Assembly (NCBI GenBank): GCA_963749915.1
Contig: CAVVOP010000022.1
Span: 1-64,000 of the forward strand
Direction: 5' to 3'
Source: an uncultured cyanobacterium
GTDB lineage: Bacteria > Cyanobacteriota > Cyanobacteriia > Cyanobacteriales > Cyanobacteriaceae
DNA: 64,000 bases
Part shown: piece by piece, positions 11,111 to 21,841 of the stretch
Layout of the letters: each line of letters begins with the position of its first letter
Numbering within the stretch: position 1 is the first letter of the stretch
The notes under the pieces: model-generated
Told to the model about the DNA's origin: nothing
The model's input: the letters and a program-made list of their open reading frames with translations, nothing else
Databases searched by the model: none
Position numbers and translations under genes: made by a program

Positions 11111-12139
11111 ATGGATGAAAAATTTAATGATTCTCAGAAAAAACAAAATTCAGCTATTGAAATCAAAAAATCATTAAAAAGAACTATTATTCAACTAGAA
11201 AAAGCTATCAGTATCATTAATCAGAAATCTATTAAATATTTACCTAATTTAATGGTGGTAGATAATTTAGTTAATTGTAGTAATGCTTTAGTCGATTATT
11301 TGCAACTAAAAAATACTTCCGTTAACGAAATAACGGAAAGTGTAAATGAATTGAAGAAAAATGAGGAAGAAAATTTAGAATCCATAACAAATAAAGCAAA
11401 AAAGATTATTGCCAATCAAAATAAAACTATTAAAGGCAAAAATAAACCTAAATTAGATATAAATTTTCTGCTAGTTATTGCTTTAATTATCAGCTTTGTA
11501 TTTAATATTTTAACTTGGTGGTTTAAACCTAATGCTATCATAAACTTGCCTGAAAATAAAGAAAATAATCTTAATATAGAGACTCAAGGAACAGAAACAA
11601 TTATCGATAATCCTCCAAGTATCATCTCTACCCAAAAAAAGAATACTAATGATATTAGAGAAGACAACATATTAAATGATTCTAATTCTCGGGAAATAAT
11701 AAATAATGAACTATTAGAAAATATTACAGAAAATGTAGGTGTAGATCAACAAAAAATAACAGAAAATAATGGTATCGGTGATAATAATGTACCTAAGATA
11801 CCAGAAAATAATATTCAAGAAGATTTATTTTTATCATTGACTCCTAAACAGTATTTATTGAAAAGTATCAAAAATCAAATAGCTGATATTACTAATAAAT
11901 ATGGGAAAAAATTAATTATTAAAATAGAAGCAAATTTCAACAAAAATAGTCTCATAATTACTCTGAGTGAAGATTGGTATAGCTTAAGTAATAGTCAAAA
12001 AAATAGTTTAGTTAAAGACATATTTAACAAAGTTAAAACTCTTGATTTTTATAAGTTTAATATTCAAGATATAAATGAGAAATTATTAGCTCGTAATGCA
12101 GTAGTTGGTAATGAATTTATTATCATAAATGAAGATTAA
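11111..12139 (+). CDS. Hypothetical single-TM protein with Asn/Glu-rich linker and conserved cyanobacterial C-terminal domain
   Basis: Long ORF; TM LLVIALIISFVFNILTWW; C-terminal IEANF...DWYSLS...LLARNAVVG. Confidence 0.7.
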   Translation: MDEKFNDSQKKQNSAIEIKKSLKRTIIQLEKAISIINQKSIKYLPNLMVVDNLVNCSNALVDYLQLKNTSVNEITESVNELKKNEEENLESITNKAKKIIANQNKTIKGKNKPKLDINFLLVIALIISFVFNILTWWFKPNAIINLPENKENNLNIETQGTETIIDNPPSIISTQKKNTNDIREDNILNDSNSREIINNELLENITENVGVDQQKITENNGIGDNNVPKIPENNIQEDLFLSLTPKQYLLKSIKNQIADITNKYGKKLIIKIEANFNKNSLIITLSEDWYSLSNSQKNSLVKDIFNKVKTLDFYKFNIQDINEKLLARNAVVGNEFIIINED

Positions 12140-12227
12140 AATAATTGATTTGTCAATTTCAAAAACCGCCTGATGACTCCAAACTTGATCAAAACAGTCA
12201 TTGTCATTAGCAATTATTAATCAACCA

Positions 12228-13175
12228 TTAGGAAGTATGGGGAGATCTTATCGCCTTAAACATACCAAAGCGACACAAACCATTACCAAAAGCAAAACGC
12301 ATTAATAATAACGTCGGAACTTCTCGCAGAGATTTGATGAATCCTGAAAATCCGAATAAGATTAATCCTTTTGGTTTAGCGATACCTTGCCAGATAGAAT
12401 CTAACCAAGAAGGAAGGGTTTGAATCGTCCAATCATCGGTAATTACTTTACCTTCGACAAATCCTGTTGCTTCTAAAAGTTCTTCAAAGCCTTCTATACT
12501 AGAAAATGCAGGGTGTGACCATTGTTCTAGTAATTGTTTCATGACGGGTTTTTCCCAGAAGTTTAAGGGTATTTTGCGATCGTCTCTTTGATTCCAGTCA
12601 GCCACAACTAAAATCCCACCGGGTTTAAGTACTCGGAGTAATTCTTTAGCAAAAATCGCTTTATCCGGCATATGAGGACCGGCTTCCACTGACCAGACCA
12701 CATCAAAACTCTCATCGGGAAAAGAAAGTGCCATCGCATCATCGACTTTAAATTTAGCATTGAGATCTTTCGGGGTTAATTCCTGTGCCCGTTTTACTTG
12801 TTGTGGACTGATAGTAATACCTACGACTGCAAAATGATAATCTTTGGCTAAAATGCGACTACTGCCACCGATACCACAACCCACATCTAATAAAGTCGTA
12901 TTGGGGGGCAATTTATCTAAGCCTCCCCATTTAACCATTTCATGGACAAAATCCGCTTTTGCCTGTAAAAAGTCTTTTTTTTCGGTTGGTAAGCCATAAT
13001 GACCTAAATGGATATGTTCTCCCCAATAAAATTCGAGAATACCATCCTCTGTCCATTCATCATAAGAGTTCGCCACTGACTCCGATGATTGATAACGACG
13101 GGGAGTTAGTATATATATGATTATTCCAGTACTGATTAATAAAAAAAAGCCCCCTAGGGGTAAAAATAAATTCAT
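12228..13175 (-). CDS. MPBQ/MSBQ methyltransferase (tocopherol/plastoquinone pathway, Sll0418-like)
   Basis: N-terminal TM, SVANSYDEWTEDGILEFYWGEHIHLGHY, SAM motif LDVGCGIGG. Confidence 0.88.
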   Translation of the reverse strand: MNLFLPLGGFFLLISTGIIIYILTPRRYQSSESVANSYDEWTEDGILEFYWGEHIHLGHYGLPTEKKDFLQAKADFVHEMVKWGGLDKLPPNTTLLDVGCGIGGSSRILAKDYHFAVVGITISPQQVKRAQELTPKDLNAKFKVDDAMALSFPDESFDVVWSVEAGPHMPDKAIFAKELLRVLKPGGILVVADWNQRDDRKIPLNFWEKPVMKQLLEQWSHPAFSSIEGFEELLEATGFVEGKVITDDWTIQTLPSWLDSIWQGIAKPKGLILFGFSGFIKSLREVPTLLLMRFAFGNGLCRFGMFKAIRSPHTS

Positions 13176-13178
13176 ATG

Positions 13179-13544
13179 TCAATTGTTAAGCTGATATTTC
13201 CCGTCAGATTCTGATGCATCAATGCGGGGTAAACCCATACTATAGTTAACCACCCTAGCATCAAGATTGTAGCTAATTTCTCCTTTATTTAAAAGACTAC
13301 GAATAAAATGTTCTAAATCTGACCCCATACGGCGCAAATTATAATCGGTTAAGTCTTCACCACTATAACTTTCTACTAATTGATCGAACTTACTATAGAC
13401 TTTTTGCAATGCTACTTCATCCCAATTAAATTCATTATCGGGATCAACATCAAGGGTTAAGACTTGATTAGAGGGTATTAACTCATTTTTCTGAATTTCT
13501 GCGGTATAGATTCTAATATGACGGGTTGTAGATTTAATTAACAT
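13179..13544 (-). CDS. ndhM: NDH-1 subunit M
   Basis: MLIKSTTRHIRIYTAE...LDVDPDNEFNW...YSMGLPR. Confidence 0.97.
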   Translation of the reverse strand: MLIKSTTRHIRIYTAEIQKNELIPSNQVLTLDVDPDNEFNWDEVALQKVYSKFDQLVESYSGEDLTDYNLRRMGSDLEHFIRSLLNKGEISYNLDARVVNYSMGLPRIDASESDGKYQLNN

Positions 13545-13764
13545 ACTGGTAAATATTAAAGATTTGTTGGTGTTCGTCGGTTACAACAGTCATGGATGAA
13601 TAAGTTATTTGACCGTTGATAGTTACTTAAATTCTATTATCTACTGTTCACTATCCATTGTCCATTATTGGGAGATTTTTTCTCTAGTCCCCAATCCGTT
13701 TCTTGAAAGTAAAATATAAATAAAGGAACAATTATCAGAAAATCATCTCTTTATTTCATTGACT

Positions 13765-14520
13765 ATGACTCTTAAAGCCTTAATATTTGATGTCGATGGT
13801 ACTTTAGCAGAAACCGAAAGGGACGGTCATCGAGTGGCCTTTAATTTGGCTTTTGAAAATGCAGGTTTGCCCTGGCGCTGGGATGTGAATATATACGGTA
13901 GTTTGTTAGAAATAGGTGGAGGAAAGGAGCGTTTAAGACACTATATCTCCGGTTTTGAACCTGATTTTATCACTGAAGAGCCTTTAGACCAATTTATTCG
14001 CTCTTTACATCAGCAAAAAAATCAGTATTTTCGGCAATTATTAGTTAACAATGCTATCCCTTTACGAGTTGGGGTTGAAAGGTTGATTATGGAGGCATAT
14101 CAAAAAGGTATCACATTAGGGATCGCTTCCACCGCATCAGAGGAAAATGTCAAAGCACTTTTAGATACCAGTTTGGGAGAAAAAATGAGTAAATATTTTG
14201 CAGTGGTTGCGGCAGGAGATATGGTAGAAAAGAAAAAACCCGCACCGGATATATATTTATTAGCCTTAGAAAAACTCAATGTTTCTCCCGAAAATTGTTT
14301 AGCCATAGAAGACACTAATCAGGGACTAGTAGCGGCGACAAAAGCGGGCATAAAGACTATAATAACCTTTAATGATTACAGTCAAAATCAGAATTTTAAT
14401 CAAGCTATTTTAGTATTAAATAGTCTAGGTGAACCTGATTTACCTTTTTCCTTAATTCAGGGAAATAGTTATAATCGATCCTATTTTAATATAGACTTAG
14501 CTCAGAAATTATGCGGATAA
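13765..14520 (+). CDS. cbbY: HAD-family hydrolase, CbbY-like
   Basis: LIFDVDGTLAETERDGHRVAFN, GGGKER, KKPAPDIY, AIEDT. Confidence 0.85.
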   Translation: MTLKALIFDVDGTLAETERDGHRVAFNLAFENAGLPWRWDVNIYGSLLEIGGGKERLRHYISGFEPDFITEEPLDQFIRSLHQQKNQYFRQLLVNNAIPLRVGVERLIMEAYQKGITLGIASTASEENVKALLDTSLGEKMSKYFAVVAAGDMVEKKKPAPDIYLLALEKLNVSPENCLAIEDTNQGLVAATKAGIKTIITFNDYSQNQNFNQAILVLNSLGEPDLPFSLIQGNSYNRSYFNIDLAQKLCG

Positions 14521-14588
14521 ATTATTAACTATTTTAGGGAATTAATTATCTTAAGGCTTTATATTATTCATCATTATTCATTATTAAC

Positions 14589-15848
14589 ATGAAAGCAGAA
14601 ATTATTTGTATTGGTACGGAATTATTATTAGGTGATATACTTAATAGTAATGCTCAATTTTTAGCTCAAGAATTGGCTAATTTAGGCATTTCTCTCTATT
14701 ATCAAACTGTTGTGGGGGATAATTTATCACGAATTCATGAAGTAATTAAAATTGCCTCTCAACGCTCTCAAATTCTTATTTTTACTGGTGGTTTAGGACC
14801 TACTCCTGACGATTTAACCACAGAAGCGATCGCCACTTTCTTTGAGACTCCCTTGGAAGAAAAAAAAGAAATAATTGAGGATATAAGAAAGAAATTTACC
14901 GAAAGAGGGAGAAACATGACATCTAATAACCGAAAACAAGCTCTAATTCCTCAATCTGCTGATATTTTGCCCAATATAACGGGAACTGCACCGGGGATGA
15001 TTTGGCAACCTTTGCCTAATTTAACTATTCTCACATTTCCGGGTGTACCTTCAGAAATGAAACAGATGTGGCGTGATACTGCCGTACCTTTTCTTAAAAG
15101 TCAGGGGTGGGGAGAAGAAATCATTTATAGTCGCATGATGCGTTTTTGGGGTATCGGTGAATCGGCTTTGGCTGAAAAGGTTAATCATCTCTTTAATTTA
15201 ATGAATCCTACCGTTGCACCTTATGCCTCCAGAGGGGAAGTAAGATTGCGGGTGTCAGCGAAAGCTAAAGATAAAGAGTCGGCGGAAAAATTAATTCTTC
15301 CTGTGGCTAAGGAAATAGAAGCGATCGCAAGGGAAGATTATTTCGGTTATGATAATGACACCCTTGCCTCCGTTGTCGGTAAAATCTTGCTGAAAAGAGG
15401 AGAAACCCTAAGCGTGGCAGAATCTTGCACGGGGGGAGGATTAGGGTCAATGTTAACCGAAGTTGCGGGAAGTTCTGGTTATTTTTATGGAGGCATTATC
15501 GCCTATAGTAATCGAGTAAAAATCCAAGAATTAGAGGTTTTAGAAGAATTTTTAAGGGAATATGGTGCAGTATCAGCAATAGTGGCACGACAAATGGCTA
15601 AAGACGTTCAAGGGAAATTCAACACCGATTGGAGTGTCTCGATTACAGGTATAGCTGGACCCGGAGGTGCGACGGAAGATAAACCCGTCGGCTTAGTATA
15701 TATTGCCATCGCCAATCCAGAAAAACAAGTAGAAAGCTACGAGTTAAGACTAGGGAAAAAAAGAAGCAGAGAAGTGATAAGATACCTTACTAGTTGTTAT
15801 GCCTTAGATAAATTGCGCCGTGAATTAATAGACTACAAATTACAATAA
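14589..15848 (+). CDS. cinA: Competence/damage-inducible protein A (MoCF-binding domain + NMN deamidase)
   Basis: IGTELLLG, GGLGPTPDDLT, AESCTGG, SITGIAGPGG. Confidence 0.95.
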   Translation: MKAEIICIGTELLLGDILNSNAQFLAQELANLGISLYYQTVVGDNLSRIHEVIKIASQRSQILIFTGGLGPTPDDLTTEAIATFFETPLEEKKEIIEDIRKKFTERGRNMTSNNRKQALIPQSADILPNITGTAPGMIWQPLPNLTILTFPGVPSEMKQMWRDTAVPFLKSQGWGEEIIYSRMMRFWGIGESALAEKVNHLFNLMNPTVAPYASRGEVRLRVSAKAKDKESAEKLILPVAKEIEAIAREDYFGYDNDTLASVVGKILLKRGETLSVAESCTGGGLGSMLTEVAGSSGYFYGGIIAYSNRVKIQELEVLEEFLREYGAVSAIVARQMAKDVQGKFNTDWSVSITGIAGPGGATEDKPVGLVYIAIANPEKQVESYELRLGKKRSREVIRYLTSCYALDKLRRELIDYKLQ

Positions 15849-15971
15849 AATATTTTGAATTTTATTGTTCAAAATTATCCCCGTTCTAAGGGGTTTTTTG
15901 GAAATGAAGGATAGGAGAATTCTCCAAAACCCAAAATTATCCATTACCAGTCCATAAGGTTTAAATGTGTT

Positions 15972-16373
15972 TTAGCTTATCTTACTAAAAAAGATTTTTT
16001 CAAAACTAAAACCCTGTACGGACTGAGCTATTTCTGCTGCCAAATTAATGTTAGATTCCAGCAAATTAACTCCGCACTGGTGTGCTAAATCAATAATATC
16101 TTTTTTGGAATTACATTCATATAACCTTTGATTAAGTTCGGGGCTTAAATGTACTTTAGCAAAGAATAAACGGGTAGTTTCATCAAGTTGATTTAACCAT
16201 TCTTGGTAGGCATGATTAGCTAATTCTTTAAAGTCTTCTATACTTAATTCAAAACCTTCTTCTTTAGCTATTTTTACTAATTCAATCGGTGAAGTTATGG
16301 TTTTCAACTTTACCTGTAAATTCTTTGATTTGATTAAATGTTCATTAAACTCTTTTATTTTCTGTGATAACAC
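15972..16373 (-). CDS. Tandem Nif11-domain protein
   Basis: Two repeats: LQVKLK..LVKIAKEEGFELSIED and FFAKVHLSPELNQRL..IIDLAHQCG. Confidence 0.7.
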   Translation of the reverse strand: MLSQKIKEFNEHLIKSKNLQVKLKTITSPIELVKIAKEEGFELSIEDFKELANHAYQEWLNQLDETTRLFFAKVHLSPELNQRLYECNSKKDIIDLAHQCGVNLLESNINLAAEIAQSVQGFSFEKIFFSKIS

Positions 16374-16462
16374 AATTTTAGTTGTTAAATAATATTTTAA
16401 TTATAAAGTGTTTATAGATCGTTTATTTCACTCAAATTCTGAGGTTATTGGGTTTTCTTCTC

Positions 16463-16861
16463 CTAACCAAAACCATTCCACCATCCAGAGGGCAAGAAAA
16501 CACCGTTTAAAGTCTTAACCTTTTCTTCTGTCATAAAATATGTCCAAGCCTCACCTAAAGGGCAATTAGCCTCATCATAGACCACAATTTCTTCTCGATC
16601 ATATTCATTTAAAGGGGAATTAGGAATTCCCGAATAACCCTCTAATTTATCTAAATTTGCCAAATCCTTAACCAAAGCAAAAGTTAGTAAATAGCCGAAA
16701 ACCTGATTATCACCCTTAGTCATGGCAGGATAACCCAGAGGTAGAGCAAATAATCGCCCTTTTACCCAACATTTTACTTCTTGAACGATTTTTCCCTCAC
16801 AATAAATTTTATAGTATTTCCCGCCGGGTTTTAATGTGCCATAAACAAAAACTTTGATCAT
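16463..16861 (-). CDS. Gamma-glutamylcyclotransferase (AIG2-like)
   Basis: VFVYGTLKPG, GYPAM, LDKLEGY, AWTY. Confidence 0.9.
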   Translation of the reverse strand: MIKVFVYGTLKPGGKYYKIYCEGKIVQEVKCWVKGRLFALPLGYPAMTKGDNQVFGYLLTFALVKDLANLDKLEGYSGIPNSPLNEYDREEIVVYDEANCPLGEAWTYFMTEEKVKTLNGVFLPSGWWNGFG

Positions 16862-16931
16862 ATTTGTTGCCAAATTGTAACTGCCGAGACCGTTAAATTT
16901 ACAGTGAGGCTAGCCCAATTTTGCGACCAAG

Positions 16932-16964
16932 AAAAAAAGGCCAACCAAAATTAATTGATTAGCC
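16932..16964 (-). terminator. Rho-independent terminator downstream of the ycf46-ycf35 operon
   Basis: Minus strand GGCUAAUCAA-loop-UUGGUUGGCC followed by U7. Confidence 0.7.
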
Positions 16965-17002
16965 CTAAAAATTGGGAACGCACTTTCAGAAAATAGAATC
17001 CA

Positions 17003-17353
17003 TTACTTGAGAACTAACTTGACGTTAGCGTTTTGTAACCCACGTTGCTTAACTTCGCCCAAAGTTTTATTAACCGCATATTTTTGATTAATGGAGTTAA
17101 TTAACTCAGTTTGATTATGTTTTTTAGCAACGCCCCAGAGATCCGCGATCAAGTCAAAGCTACCGTCTGTATTGCGAGACCAACCGAGATCGTATTCTCC
17201 TTCTAAAACAGCTACTATATCAGCACGAAGACGTTGACCATTATAGCCACGAACATCAGCATCAGTTTTGACACTAATACCGAGATCACGCAAGGAACCA
17301 GTTAAAATTTCCGCAGAAGTGATTTTGGTGCGTAAGGTACTGAAATGAGACAT
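17003..17353 (-). CDS. ycf35: DUF1257 / Ycf35 family protein
   Basis: MSHFSTLRTKI...FDLIADLWG...QKYA. Confidence 0.9.
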   Translation of the reverse strand: MSHFSTLRTKITSAEILTGSLRDLGISVKTDADVRGYNGQRLRADIVAVLEGEYDLGWSRNTDGSFDLIADLWGVAKKHNQTELINSINQKYAVNKTLGEVKQRGLQNANVKLVLK

Positions 17354-17471
17354 TGGTATTTCCTCCTAAGAGATTAAAGACAACTTTTTGATTTTAAGAT
17401 GCACATAAAGTGCTTTTCATTCAACTGTTAGCCCTTAAGCTAACCTTTCTCCAAAAATGAGAGAAAGACTG

Positions 17472-18992
17472 TTAAAACGACCTGCGTTGATATTCCTCAA
17501 CGGAGGCTGACCCAGGTCTAGCTCGTTGTCGAGCCCAGTCTCGTAGCGCTGTGACCTGTTCTGTCATCGTACGGGACAGAGGTAGTGTCGATTTGACGGC
17601 AGCAATGATGTCCAACTGTGTAAACTCTCGCCCTTGGGCAAAAGCCTCGTACATAGCGGCAACAATGGCCTGTTCAATCTCTGCCCCGGAAAAACCTTCT
17701 GAGACCTTGGCTAATTGTTCTAAGTCAAAACGACCGATATCGGAACGACGTTTGCCAAGATGAATATTGAAAATCGCTTCTCGCTCTTGCCCACTGGGCA
17801 AATCCACAAAAAAGATCTCATCAAAACGACCTTTTCGCAAAAACTCCCCTGGTAATTTTTCTAAACGGTTAGCGGTCGCCATCACAAACACAGGAGAATT
17901 TTTTTCTTGCATCCATGTCAGGAATGAACCGAAAATTCGACTAGATGTCCCACCATCAGAATCACTGGAACCAGCACCACCGGCAAAAGCCTTGTCTAAT
18001 TCATCGATGAATAATATTGCCGGAGAAATGGATTCCGCCGTTTTCAAAGCACTGCGCAGATTTGCTTCCGATTTCCCTACCGTTGAGCCGTCATAGACTC
18101 TACCCATATCCAACCGTAGTAAGGGCAATCCCCATAACTTGGAGGTCGTCTTCGCAATTAAAGACTTTCCACAACCGGGAACCCCTAAAATTAGCATTCC
18201 TTTGGGTTGGGGTAAGCCATAGGCTCTGGCTTTTTCCGTGAAGGCTTCCGAACGTTGGGTTAACCAGTGTTTTAGCTCTTCTAAACCCCCTACTGCATTG
18301 ATAGTTTCGTCTTCTTCAATATAATCAAGGATGCCATTACGCCGAATTAGTTGTTTTTTCTCAGAAAGGACGATTTCAACTTCATTTTCTGTTAATTGTC
18401 CCCCTTTGATCTGAGCTTTACGATAAACCTTTTCCGCTTCATCGATAGTTAAACCAAGGGCGGCCCTGCGCAATTTCTCTTTGACTTGCGGTTGAAGTTG
18501 CTTGCTTTTAGTTTTCTTTAATGCCCTTTCCAATACCTGATCTAGCTCATGGGCCTGAGGCAGAGGAAAGTCCAACACCACTAAATCTTTTTCTAGTTCT
18601 AAAGGTGTTTGCTGATAGGGTGACATCAAGACAATTATTTTATCTGTTCCCTTAAAACTAGCAATGGCATCTCTCAACCATCTTGTTACCGGGGGCGATT
18701 CTAAATAAGGATGTAAGTCTTTGAAGATGTAAATCCCCGCCTCTTTTTGTCTGACAACCCACTCAATGGCCGCTTCGGGGGAAACCGTGTTGTGTTGTAC
18801 AGAGGTCGAATTTTGTTGACTGCATTCAACGATTCCACGGGTTACTGTCCACACAAATAGCCGACGAGATCCCTGATTAGGTAATTCATTCAATATAGTC
18901 CCAATGGCTTCCTCTGCACGTTCTTCTTCCGAAGTCACTAGGTAAATCAAGGGATATTGAGCTTTGATAAGAATGTTTAACTCTTCTTTCAT
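17472..18992 (-). CDS. ycf46: Ycf46-family AAA+ ATPase (Slr0374-like)
   Basis: MKEELNILIKAQYPLIYL start, GVPGCGKS, FIDELDK, LRKGRFDEIFFVDLP; start moved to the ATG at 18992. Confidence 0.92.
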   Translation of the reverse strand: MKEELNILIKAQYPLIYLVTSEEERAEEAIGTILNELPNQGSRRLFVWTVTRGIVECSQQNSTSVQHNTVSPEAAIEWVVRQKEAGIYIFKDLHPYLESPPVTRWLRDAIASFKGTDKIIVLMSPYQQTPLELEKDLVVLDFPLPQAHELDQVLERALKKTKSKQLQPQVKEKLRRAALGLTIDEAEKVYRKAQIKGGQLTENEVEIVLSEKKQLIRRNGILDYIEEDETINAVGGLEELKHWLTQRSEAFTEKARAYGLPQPKGMLILGVPGCGKSLIAKTTSKLWGLPLLRLDMGRVYDGSTVGKSEANLRSALKTAESISPAILFIDELDKAFAGGAGSSDSDGGTSSRIFGSFLTWMQEKNSPVFVMATANRLEKLPGEFLRKGRFDEIFFVDLPSGQEREAIFNIHLGKRRSDIGRFDLEQLAKVSEGFSGAEIEQAIVAAMYEAFAQGREFTQLDIIAAVKSTLPLSRTMTEQVTALRDWARQRARPGSASVEEYQRRSF

Positions 18993-19051
18993 GGGATCGA
19001 CCTCTATTTTGCTTAGGCAGTTACTGTAATCGCTAACATGACTGTCACCAT

Positions 19052-19396
19052 TTAGCAAGGGATTAACTCTTCTTGTCCTTGAGTCCCTGCAATGATCTCT
19101 GTTTTTTCACCGATCAGGGGAAACTCTTCATCAACGATACTGGGTTGATTTTTGAGAGAAATCATCTCCCCGTCACGCATCACCATTGCGGCACTACATT
19201 CGGGGCAAACGTGGACTTGATGAGTTTTTCCGTAACTCGCTTCTAATTCCTCTACCACTTCGGGATGTTTCAAGTAGAAGCTGAGGGCTCTTTCGACAAG
19301 TGCTGACATAGAATCAGTATCGATGGCCGCTTTTACTTTCAACTGACGATGCAGTGTTGGTGGAAGATAAAGAGTAACTTTTTGCTTTTCTTGCAT
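19052..19396 (-). CDS. Ribbon-helix-helix protein with CxxC motif (Slr0373-like), first gene of the ycf46 operon
   Basis: KQKVTLYLPPTLHRQLKVKAA...MSALVERAL RHH pattern; CPEC; operon context. Confidence 0.8.
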   Translation of the reverse strand: MQEKQKVTLYLPPTLHRQLKVKAAIDTDSMSALVERALSFYLKHPEVVEELEASYGKTHQVHVCPECSAAMVMRDGEMISLKNQPSIVDEEFPLIGEKTEIIAGTQGQEELIPC

Positions 19397-19666
19397 ATTC
19401 GCTGTTATTTGATATGCCCGGGTGCGATATTGATTAATTTAACTCTTTTTTTTTCCACTGTCAAGCGGTCATCCCGTTTTAATGGTAATATTGTTACAAA
19501 ACTTAATAAATGAAACTTTAGAAAGATGGTTGTTTTCTTTATAAATAAACAACATTAATCTTGGTATTATGTGATGGAGTCGTGATAGTTCTCGCTCTAT
19601 AAGGAGAAGACGAGGATCACTGTCGGCTACATTAATATTTAATATCAACGTTTTAGAGATAAAAAA

Positions 19667-21841
19667 ATGAACCAGTGGCAACCATCTGCAATAAGACATT
19701 TAGAACAACAAAACTATCACGAAGTAGTTAGGATTTATGAAGGTATCATCGAAAATAATCCCGATGAAATTAATAATTATTGGTATTTAGGATTAGCCTA
19801 TCTGTTGCAAGGAGAAGAAGAACAGGCTCAAGTATCTTGGTTTGTCGCCTTTGAGCAAATTGCAGAAGAAGATTTAGACGCTCAAACTCAGATTTTGATT
19901 GAGATTTTGTGCCAAGAGGCTGAACGACAACTCACCACAGATAATAATAAACTTGCTTGGCTTATTCGCAGTCATATCAGGGAATTAGTTCCCGATAATT
20001 TTGCCAATTTTTTAGAATTAATTTGCCTAGATATTTATATTAATAAATCTGATATTGAACAGTTTGAAACTTGGAAATTGGGAGAATGCTGTCAATTGGT
20101 TTCTGCCAATAGTCTTCCCACCGAGTTATTACTGAAAACATTACATATCATTCTTTGTTTGCCTTGTCCTGATAGTTTGGCCTTTGCTAGATTTTGTTTA
20201 GGTAAAAACCAAGATTTTCAATTTATATTAGCAGGAGTAGTAAATTTAGCCGTGAAGATGGCATACGATCACCGCTATGCTGGTTATGCCGCCGATTTAA
20301 TTAGAATTTGTTTAGAATTTGAACCGTCAAACTTAATCCTTCTTAACGCACTCTATGTATTTTATGGCGATTCCCAAGATTATGAAAATGCCCTAGAGAT
20401 AGCCTATAAGTTTAGGGAAAATAGCCCTAATGTGGCACAACAAATATTTAGTGGCTACCAAATTATTAATATTTCTTTGAAGTGCCACCAGTGGCAAGAA
20501 CTTTCTTCTTTGTTTCAACGACAAAACGAATTAATTCGTCAATATGTTAATAATCCGGAAGATATCCCTATTGATTTTATTCGCCAGTCTTTGCTTATTG
20601 TCAATCAGCCATCTTTTTATATTCAAGATAGTCCCCAACAAAATCGCCATTTTATCAATCAAATAGGACAAATTTTTCAGTCGTTATTTAGAAAAGAGTC
20701 CAAGGTTGAAGTTAAGCCTTATGGTAATGCTTTGACCTGGGATCGCCCACTCAAAATAGGTTATATTGGTAGCACTTTCAGGTCTCATTCGGTGGGTTGG
20801 CTATGTCGATGGTTGATTCATTACCAAGATCAAGAAAAATTCCCTTGTTATATTTATTCCATAACTAATCATTGCGATCAAATAACGGAGCAATGGTTTA
20901 AGGGGAAAGCCAAAGGGTTTTATACTTGCAACAGGAATGTAGGCAATGCCATTGAGCAAATCCAACAAGACGAAATCGATATTTTGGTTGATCTTGATAG
21001 CCTTACCTTAGATTTAGCCTGTCAAATTTTAGCATTAAAACCTGTTCCCATTCAAGTTACTTGGTTAGGATTAGATGCACCCGGTATTCCTGCTATGGAC
21101 TACTTTCTCGCCGATCCTTATGTATTACCCGAAAATGCTCAAGATTATTATTCTGAGAAAATCTGGCGACTTCCCCAAACTTACCTGGGTATTGACGGAT
21201 TTGAGGTAGGTGTGCCAACTTTAACACGAGAAGATTTAGATATTGATCAAGATGCTATTATCTTTTTTAACGTTCAAAATCGCCAAAAACTTCACCCCGA
21301 CACCATTCGTCTGCAAATGCGAATTTTAAGAGAAGTTTCCAATAGCTATCTATTAATTAAAGAACGGGATAATAAAAAAACAGCTCATAAATTCTTTGAG
21401 TATCTGGCACAAGAAGAAGGCATTGAACTAAACCGATTACGTTTTTTAGAAGGCAATAAAACAGAATTAGAACACAGGGCAAATTTAAGTATTGCTGATG
21501 TGATGTTAGATACTTATCCTTACAATGGGGCAACTACAACCCTCGAAACTTTATGGATGGAAATACCTTTAGTTACGAGAGTTGGTGAACAATTTGCAGC
21601 ACGGAATAGTTATACTTTTATGATTAATGCGGGAATAACAGAAGGTATTGCATGGAGTGATGAGGAGTATATTGAATGGGGTATTAAACTCGGCACCGAT
21701 GAAGATTTGAGGAATGAGATTAGTTGGAAGTTAAGACAATCGAAAAAAACTTCACCTCTTTGGAATGGGAAACAATTTACCAGAGAGATGGAAAAAGCTT
21801 ATCAACAAATGTGGGAGATTTACCTCCAGAACAAAAACTAG
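19667..21841 (+). CDS. SPINDLY/OGT-like GT41 glycosyltransferase, copy 1
   Basis: TPR-like N-terminus (YWYLGLAYLLQG), KIGYIG..FRSHSVGW, PIQVTWLG, QKLHP Lys, DTYPYNGATTTLETLWM. Confidence 0.92.
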   Translation: MNQWQPSAIRHLEQQNYHEVVRIYEGIIENNPDEINNYWYLGLAYLLQGEEEQAQVSWFVAFEQIAEEDLDAQTQILIEILCQEAERQLTTDNNKLAWLIRSHIRELVPDNFANFLELICLDIYINKSDIEQFETWKLGECCQLVSANSLPTELLLKTLHIILCLPCPDSLAFARFCLGKNQDFQFILAGVVNLAVKMAYDHRYAGYAADLIRICLEFEPSNLILLNALYVFYGDSQDYENALEIAYKFRENSPNVAQQIFSGYQIINISLKCHQWQELSSLFQRQNELIRQYVNNPEDIPIDFIRQSLLIVNQPSFYIQDSPQQNRHFINQIGQIFQSLFRKESKVEVKPYGNALTWDRPLKIGYIGSTFRSHSVGWLCRWLIHYQDQEKFPCYIYSITNHCDQITEQWFKGKAKGFYTCNRNVGNAIEQIQQDEIDILVDLDSLTLDLACQILALKPVPIQVTWLGLDAPGIPAMDYFLADPYVLPENAQDYYSEKIWRLPQTYLGIDGFEVGVPTLTREDLDIDQDAIIFFNVQNRQKLHPDTIRLQMRILREVSNSYLLIKERDNKKTAHKFFEYLAQEEGIELNRLRFLEGNKTELEHRANLSIADVMLDTYPYNGATTTLETLWMEIPLVTRVGEQFAARNSYTFMINAGITEGIAWSDEEYIEWGIKLGTDEDLRNEISWKLRQSKKTSPLWNGKQFTREMEKAYQQMWEIYLQNKN

